This document shows, piece by piece, positions 56,068 to 64,000 of a stretch of DNA of 64,000 nt. Within the stretch, counting starts at the first letter, position 1; each line of letters begins with the position of its first letter. The notes beneath the pieces are model-generated. The model did no database searches, was not told the DNA's origin, and worked only from the letters and a program-made list of their open reading frames with translations. Source of the stretch: Planctomycetota bacterium (GTDB lineage Bacteria; Planctomycetota; UBA1135; UBA2386); contig OZ245006.1 in the NCBI GenBank assembly GCA_965223545.1, positions 7,040,001 to 7,104,000 of the forward strand, given 5' to 3'. Made by a program: the position numbers and the translations under genes.

Positions 56068-57221
56068 CTAGAAGAACTCGGTCACCGGTACGGTCTGGCT
56101 GACGGTGCCGGTGGGCGAGTTGTTGTCGCTGCCGTGGGCGATGCGCACCGCGGCGATCGGCACCGCGCCCAGCGGCGGTGGCGTGACCACGCTGCCGTCG
56201 GAGAGCGTGACGCCGTTGACCGGGTGGCCGGAGGCCACCTGGACGTAGAAGCGCGCGCCGATCGGCAGCGTGGTCGCGGCGGTCAGCGTGCCGCTCCAAT
56301 GGCCGGTCTGGTTGTTGCTGCCCGGCAGCGGGTAGACCTCGGTCGGCTGCACCAGGAGCTGGCAGCTCGGCGTGATCGAGATCGGCTGGCTGCTGGCTTG
56401 CAGGCCGACCAGCAGCGCGCTCAGGCCCGCGCCGGACGGATCGGTCGGCATTCCGTAGCGGGCGTCGACGTCCAGCTCCATCGCCACCGGCGTGTGCCGC
56501 AGGGTCAGGTTGGCGTACGCCTCGGTCGAGGTTCCGGGCGCGGCACAGCCCTGTCCGAACCGGTAGCCCGGCTGCTCGCAAGTGCCGTCGTCGAACAGCT
56601 CGTGCGCGTCCTGGTAGGCGGTGAAGTTGGCGTTGATGCCGTTCGGCCCGTCGTTGCCGTAGACGGTCGTGTCGAGGCAGATCGTGGTGCCGTTGCCGGG
56701 GTAGGCGAACGGCGTCGTGTACGGAACGCGCAGCTCGAACTGCGGCGCGGGCGCGCCGCCCGGCCGCGTGGTCGCCGGCATGCTGACCCAGGTGCGCGGC
56801 AGTACCACCACCGGGGTGCCGGCGTTGTTGGCAAAGGTCCGCGACGCCTGATCGGGCGTGACCGCGGCCAGCGAGATCGCGACCGACATCTCGACGCGAT
56901 AGCCGTTGAGGTTGCCGCGCTGCGAGATGGCGTCGCGGCGGTAGGAATGGCCGGCGAGGGTGGCCGGGGCGTCGCCCAGATCGGCGTGCAGCTGCTGCAG
57001 CCGGCAGTTGTGCCGGCCGAGGGGGTAGCTGGTGCTGCTGCTGCCCTCGAGTGCCTTGCGATCGGCGGGCGACACCGCGACGTTCTGCGCGGTTGCCGGT
57101 CCGGCGATGCCGAGGGCGGCCGCGGTGGCGATCAGCGCCGCGCGCGCGCCGAGCGCGGCGGTCTGGGCGGCGGGTCGGGTGACGGGACGGGGGGACGAAC
57201 GAGAGTCTGCGTGGTCTGCAA
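56068..57221 (-). CDS. Exported beta-rich hypothetical protein; 5' end ambiguous (possible frameshift)
   Basis: Signal-like ...GPATAQ, YRRD, FGQGC motif, FYVQ; AAGGAGG-TTG start is out of frame with the long ORF. Confidence 0.65.
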
Positions 57222-57445
57222 AGTGATCCTCCTTGGTTGTGGTCGCCGGCGGCGTGATCCGCCGGCACTCCTGCAGGAGCGGGCGCTCGCGTTTCGATCG
57301 CAAAAAGCGCGCTTGCCGCGACGCACGGTTGATCGCCCCACCCCGTTTCACTATGGTCCCCCGCCACCTCTCGAGGAGGTGGCGTTTGGAACGGTTCTTT
57401 GTCTCGGACGAATCGCGCGACGGCACCCGTCCCGCGCCCACGTAG

Positions 57446-57718
57446 ATGGTTTCGGCAGGGCCTGTTGCCCACGCCGGCGGGGCGGCGTTGACCTGGGTGG
57501 CGTCGGTGGCTCTGTTCGCCTACGCCGGGCATTGGCTCGACCAGTCGTGGGCCACCTCTCCGTGGCTGCTCGTGGTCGGTGCCGTCTTGGGCACGGTGGG
57601 CGGGTTCATCCACTTCTTGAGCGCGGTGGCTCCGGACATGTTGCCGTTCGGTCGTGACGGCCGAGCGCAATCCGACGACGCCCCGCCGAGCGACGCCGAT
57701 CAAGATGACTCCCGCTGA
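57446..57718 (+). CDS. AtpZ/AtpI-family small membrane protein
   Basis: G.WLD....TSPWLLVVG..LG motif; first gene of the atp operon. Confidence 0.8.
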   Translation: MVSAGPVAHAGGAALTWVASVALFAYAGHWLDQSWATSPWLLVVGAVLGTVGGFIHFLSAVAPDMLPFGRDGRAQSDDAPPSDADQDDSR

Positions 57719-58205
57719 CTCCCCTGCGCCCGCTGCATCCGACCGTGCCATGGTGCGCGCGGCGACGGGGTGCGCGCTGCTGCGGGGCATGGCCGCCGGC
57801 GCCGCCCTCTGGTCGGTCGCCGCTGGCGCGATGTGGATCGCCGGCCTGCCCAGCGATCCGGCGTTGGCGCGCTGGATCGGAATCGGCGCCGCCGCAGGCG
57901 CGCTGACCACCGCGGTGGGAACCGTGGTGCAAGGCGTCTTGACGCTGTCGCCGACCGACCCCGCGTTGGCTGCCGGGCGCATGCTGGCCGGCGTATTGGC
58001 ACACTTCGCGCTGCTGGCCGGTGGCGTGTTGGCCGCGGTGCTGATCATGGCCGCCGCGGAAGTGAAATTCGCCGCCGTGGCAGCGTTTTGCCTGGCCTTC
58101 GCGGCGACGGCAACGGTCATTCACTTGGTTTCGGTTTGGTCGATGTCGCGCAGCCTGCAACGAAGAAGCAAACCGGCCGCACCACACGACGAGAAGGCAC
58201 GATGA
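57705..58205 (+). CDS. 4-TM AtpI-like protein
   Basis: Hydrophobic; lies between atpZ-like gene and atpB, coupled to atpB. Confidence 0.6.
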   Translation: MTPADSPAPAASDRAMVRAATGCALLRGMAAGAALWSVAAGAMWIAGLPSDPALARWIGIGAAAGALTTAVGTVVQGVLTLSPTDPALAAGRMLAGVLAHFALLAGGVLAAVLIMAAAEVKFAAVAAFCLAFAATATVIHLVSVWSMSRSLQRRSKPAAPHDEKAR

Positions 58206-59149
58206 CACACGCGCGCGTTGTTCTGGCGATGGTGGTGCTGCTCGCCGGCCTGTTGGCCGCACCGGTCGGTGCGCAGGGTAGTCAGGCTGGGGGTAGTGCG
58301 GCTCCGGCAAGCGAACCGGGCCATGCCCCGGCGCAGTCGACGATGGAGATGGACAACGGCGCCTTCTTCATCGAGCAATTCAAGCACCTGCACCCGCACG
58401 CCAAGGCGCACCCCGAGCTCAGCACCGACCCCGCGACCAACGCGTGGTTGGTGTTCTACGACGTCAACCTCTACCAGCTCGGCGCCGTGCTCTTCCTCGC
58501 CGTGCTGTTCACGCTGGTGCTGACCAGCTTCAACTCGGGGAGAGCCCCGTGGCTGTTCCGCGTGCTGCGCGGCTGGTGCCACTGGTTGCGCGACGAGGTC
58601 GTGATCGCGGTGATGGGCAAGGAGGAGGGCGAGCGCTGGGCGCCGTTCTTCATCTACCTGTTCTTCTTCATCGCCGCGCTCAACCTGGTCGGCCTGGTGC
58701 CGCACCAAGTCACCGCGACCGCCTGCGTGTTCGTCACCGGCGGTCTCGCGGTGGTGATCCTGGCCATCATGATCGGCGGTGGCATGCTGCGGCAGGGCCC
58801 GCTGGCCTTCTGGAAGAACCTGCTACCGCACGGGCTGCCGCCGGCGCTGATCCCGCTGATGGCGGTGGTCGAGGTGGTCGGCCTGTTCGTCAAGCCGTTC
58901 GCGTTGATGATTCGTCTGTTCGCGAACATGCTCGCCGGCCACCTCCTCATCTACTCGTTCATCGGCCTGATGTTCGTGTTCGCCAAGATGCTCGAGCTGA
59001 GCGCGGCGAGCTACCTGACGGCGCTGCCGGTCTACGGCATGGCGCTGTTCATCAACATCATCGAGGCGCTGGTGGTCCTGCTCCAGGCCTACATCTTCAC
59101 CTATCTGAGCGTGCTGTTCGTGCAGGCATCCCTGCACCCGGAACACTGA
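58202..59149 (+). CDS. atpB: ATP synthase subunit a
   Basis: NLVGLVP, KPFALMIRLFANMLAGH, LQAYIFTYLS. Confidence 0.96.
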   Translation: MTHARVVLAMVVLLAGLLAAPVGAQGSQAGGSAAPASEPGHAPAQSTMEMDNGAFFIEQFKHLHPHAKAHPELSTDPATNAWLVFYDVNLYQLGAVLFLAVLFTLVLTSFNSGRAPWLFRVLRGWCHWLRDEVVIAVMGKEEGERWAPFFIYLFFFIAALNLVGLVPHQVTATACVFVTGGLAVVILAIMIGGGMLRQGPLAFWKNLLPHGLPPALIPLMAVVEVVGLFVKPFALMIRLFANMLAGHLLIYSFIGLMFVFAKMLELSAASYLTALPVYGMALFINIIEALVVLLQAYIFTYLSVLFVQASLHPEH

Positions 59150-59210
59150 TCCACGGGCCGCACGCAAGCCAAAAGCGACGCAAAACTCTCTCCACGAAAA
59201 GGAACGAATC

Positions 59211-59462
59211 ATGCTCAGTCTGATCCAGGAAACCGCGACCAACTTCGGGGCCGGCATCGGCGCCGGCATCGCGGTGTTGGGTGCGGCCCTCGGCGCCGGC
59301 CTCGGCATTGGCCAGATCGGCGGCGGCGCCGCGCAAGGCATCGCGCGCCAGCCGGACGCGGTCGACAAGATCCGCGGCGCGGGCATCATCTTCGCCGCGC
59401 TGATCGAGGGCGTCGCCCTGTTCGGCCTGGTCATCGGCCTGCTGCTCTGGCTCAACAGCTGA
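59211..59462 (+). CDS. atpE: ATP synthase subunit c
   Basis: GLGIG, ARQP, LIEGVALF. Confidence 0.96.
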   Translation: MLSLIQETATNFGAGIGAGIAVLGAALGAGLGIGQIGGGAAQGIARQPDAVDKIRGAGIIFAALIEGVALFGLVIGLLLWLNS

Positions 59463-59473
59463 AGGCCTGAGCG

Positions 59474-60049
59474 ATGGCATCCATCAGCGGCTCGCTGGCC
59501 CTGCTCACCACCGCGATCGCGGACGAGGGCGGTGACTTCAATCCGTTCGAGTTCGCGCCGGGCGCGACGTTTTGGACTTGGGTGATCTTCCTCGGCTCGC
59601 TGCCGCTGATGTGGAAGTTCGTCTTCGGCCCGATCACCCGAGCGCTCGCCGATCGGGATCAGGCGGTGGTCGACGCGGCTCGGGCCGCCGACGACGCACG
59701 GCTGAAGGCCGAGGAGGCGGTCGCCCAGGCGCGCGAGGAGCGCGAGCAGGCGCGCGCCGAAGCGCGCAAGATGGTGGCCGAGGCCACCGCCCGCGCCGAG
59801 CGGCAGGCGCAGGAAGCGCAGAAGACCGCGCAGGCCGAGGCCGATCGGATGCTGCAGAAGGCGCGTGAGGACATCGATGGCGAGAAGCGCCGCGCGTTGG
59901 TCGAGATCCGGCGCGAAGTGGTCGAGTTGACCATCGCCTCGACGGGACGCCTCCTGCAAAAGGAGGTCGACGACGACGCCCACCGCGAGCTGGTCAACCG
60001 GTTCTTGGGTGAGCTCGGCGGCAACCGCGGCACCGGCGGGAGCAACTGA
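59474..60049 (+). CDS. atpF: ATP synthase subunit b
   Basis: FWTWVIF...KFVFGPI...L..R then coiled coil. Confidence 0.94.
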   Translation: MASISGSLALLTTAIADEGGDFNPFEFAPGATFWTWVIFLGSLPLMWKFVFGPITRALADRDQAVVDAARAADDARLKAEEAVAQAREEREQARAEARKMVAEATARAERQAQEAQKTAQAEADRMLQKAREDIDGEKRRALVEIRREVVELTIASTGRLLQKEVDDDAHRELVNRFLGELGGNRGTGGSN

Positions 60050-60585
60050 TGATTGCGCTCGCCCGTCGCTACGCGCGCGCCTTGTTCGAGGTCGCCGAGG
60101 AGCAGGGGGCGACCGATGCGGTCGCCGCCGACCTCGAGGCGCTCGCCCAGGGGTTCGCGGACGGCGCGGCGCGCGACGTGCTGTCTGATCCGACCGTGCC
60201 GCGCAACGCTCTGGCGGAAGCGCTGAGCAAGCTCGCCGCCGACGCGCACCCGCTGACCCGCAACACCCTGGGCGTCGTGCTCGAGCGGCGGCGCGAGGCC
60301 TTGCTGCCGGAGTTGCACGGCGCCTTCGCCGCGCTGGTGCGTGCCGCGCGGGGCCAGATGGTCGGCGTCTTGGAGAGCGCACAGCCGCTCGACCCGGCTG
60401 CCGTCGCCGAGATCGAGAAGAAGACCGGCGCTGCCCTCGGCGCGGCGGTATCGCTGACCTTGCGCGTGGCGCCCGAGTTGATCGGTGGCGTGCGCGTGCG
60501 CGTCGGCAACACGCTCTACGACGGCTCGGTGAAGACCGCGCTCGAAGAGCTCGAGCGCAAGCTGATGGAAGCTCCGCTTCCCTAG
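60049..60585 (+). CDS. atpH: ATP synthase subunit delta
   Basis: ARRYARALF, PELIGGV.VRVG...YDGSV. Confidence 0.94.
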   Translation: MIALARRYARALFEVAEEQGATDAVAADLEALAQGFADGAARDVLSDPTVPRNALAEALSKLAADAHPLTRNTLGVVLERRREALLPELHGAFAALVRAARGQMVGVLESAQPLDPAAVAEIEKKTGAALGAAVSLTLRVAPELIGGVRVRVGNTLYDGSVKTALEELERKLMEAPLP

Positions 60586-60657
60586 AGAAGGACGGTGGCG
60601 CGCAAGGCGTCCCCGCCCTCTGAAAACGAACACTTTGTCACAGCCAAACTGATCGCC

Positions 60658-62199
<1,542 letters not shown>

Positions 62200-62252
62200 G
62201 GCAGAAGCCTCCTCCGCGGTAGCTACGACGACCACCGAACAGCAAACGACCC

Positions 62253-63131
62253 ATGGCAAACGTCAAGGAACTGCGCGGCCGCATCAAGTCGGTGTCCAAC
62301 ATCGCCCAGATCACCAAGGCGATGGAGATGGTGGCGTCGATGAAGCTGCGCAAGGTGCAGGCCAAGGCGCTCGCCAGCCGTCCCTACGCGGAGGAGATCC
62401 GCGCGTTGGGGCGCCACCTGTCGGACTGTGTCGGCAACGACGCGGAGTTGCCGTTGTTCACCAAGCGCGAAGTGAAGACCACCGGCGTCTTTCTGGTGAC
62501 TTCCGACCGCGGGTTGTGCGGTGCCTACAACGCCAACATGCTGGCGCGCACCCACAAGGCGATCGACGCGATGCGCGCCGAGGGCCGCAACGTGCTGTTG
62601 TTCGTCTACGGCCGGAAGGGCTACACCTACTTCTACCGCCGCAACTACGAGGTCGAGAAGTTCTTCGTCGAGCCGCCGCTCGACAAGATGGACTTCTCCT
62701 CCGCACGGTTGGTGGTGAAGGAGCTGGTCGAGGCCTTCGAGAGCGGGCGGGTCGACGAGGTGCGGGTGTTCCACACGCAGTTCTTGTCGCCGGCCAAGTT
62801 CGCGCCGACCGACATTCCGTTCTTGCCGGTGCCGACCACCGAGTTCGAGGACGACATCGATCACAGTCTGGAGTTCGACTACTTGCTGGAGCCGAACCCC
62901 GAGACCCTGCTCAACCATCTGGTGCCGCGCTATCTCGAGGTCGTGGTCTACGACGCCATGCTGCAGTCGCTGGCGGCCGAGCACGCTTCGCGCCGCATGG
63001 CGATGAAGGGCGCGACCGATGCCGCCAGCCGGATGAGCAAGGAGCTGCGCCGGATCTACAACCGCGCGCGGCAAGAGAGCATTACCAAGGAGCTGCTCGA
63101 CATCGTCGGTGGCTCGGCCGCCGTGTCTTGA
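62253..63131 (+). CDS. atpG: ATP synthase subunit gamma
   Basis: ITKAMEMVA, SDRGLCGAYN, YNRARQESIT.EL. Confidence 0.98.
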   Translation: MANVKELRGRIKSVSNIAQITKAMEMVASMKLRKVQAKALASRPYAEEIRALGRHLSDCVGNDAELPLFTKREVKTTGVFLVTSDRGLCGAYNANMLARTHKAIDAMRAEGRNVLLFVYGRKGYTYFYRRNYEVEKFFVEPPLDKMDFSSARLVVKELVEAFESGRVDEVRVFHTQFLSPAKFAPTDIPFLPVPTTEFEDDIDHSLEFDYLLEPNPETLLNHLVPRYLEVVVYDAMLQSLAAEHASRRMAMKGATDAASRMSKELRRIYNRARQESITKELLDIVGGSAAVS

Positions 63132-63193
63132 GCCAACGAGTCTCGAGCCATCGTCCGCACTCCGCATTCAATTGAATCCGACCCACGAATTGA

Positions 63194-64000
<807 letters not shown>

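Overview
GC-rich bacterial chromosomal window; the gene types suggest a diderm, probably Planctomycetota (inference only). Housekeeping and envelope genes: a partial cysteine synthase, a universal stress protein, a MacAB-TolC-type exporter, coaB-ftsK plus a motor-less FtsK paralogue, dnaB-bamA, a porin, an ECF sigma/FecR-like pair, UDG, a DUF481 barrel, a TMTC-like GT-C/TPR protein and most of an F0F1 ATP synthase operon. Mobile DNA: a complete IS1-like element (910-2153), and an accessory segment after bamA (about 23.5-32.2 kb). That segment holds a REP-like array, an IS1111-type (IS110 family) element with readable bridge/seek-RNA guides and a duplicated right end, an IS66 nested in its recombinase, lower-GC glyco-genes and an ISKra4-like relic. 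Best candidates for undescribed systems: (1) two paralogous secretins bracketing two TPR proteins and an ExbB-ExbD-ExbD motor, with no TonB, T2SS or pilus genes; (2) a convergent operon of a Tyr-cluster-less BY-kinase-like ATPase, a coiled-coil protein and a MamK-like actin, without magnetosome genes; (3) a motor-less FtsK (TM-acidic tract-gamma) next to ftsK; (4) a Fur-box-like site preceding an ApbE-porin fusion flavinylation operon. All product calls rest on motifs recognised by eye, with no database searches.
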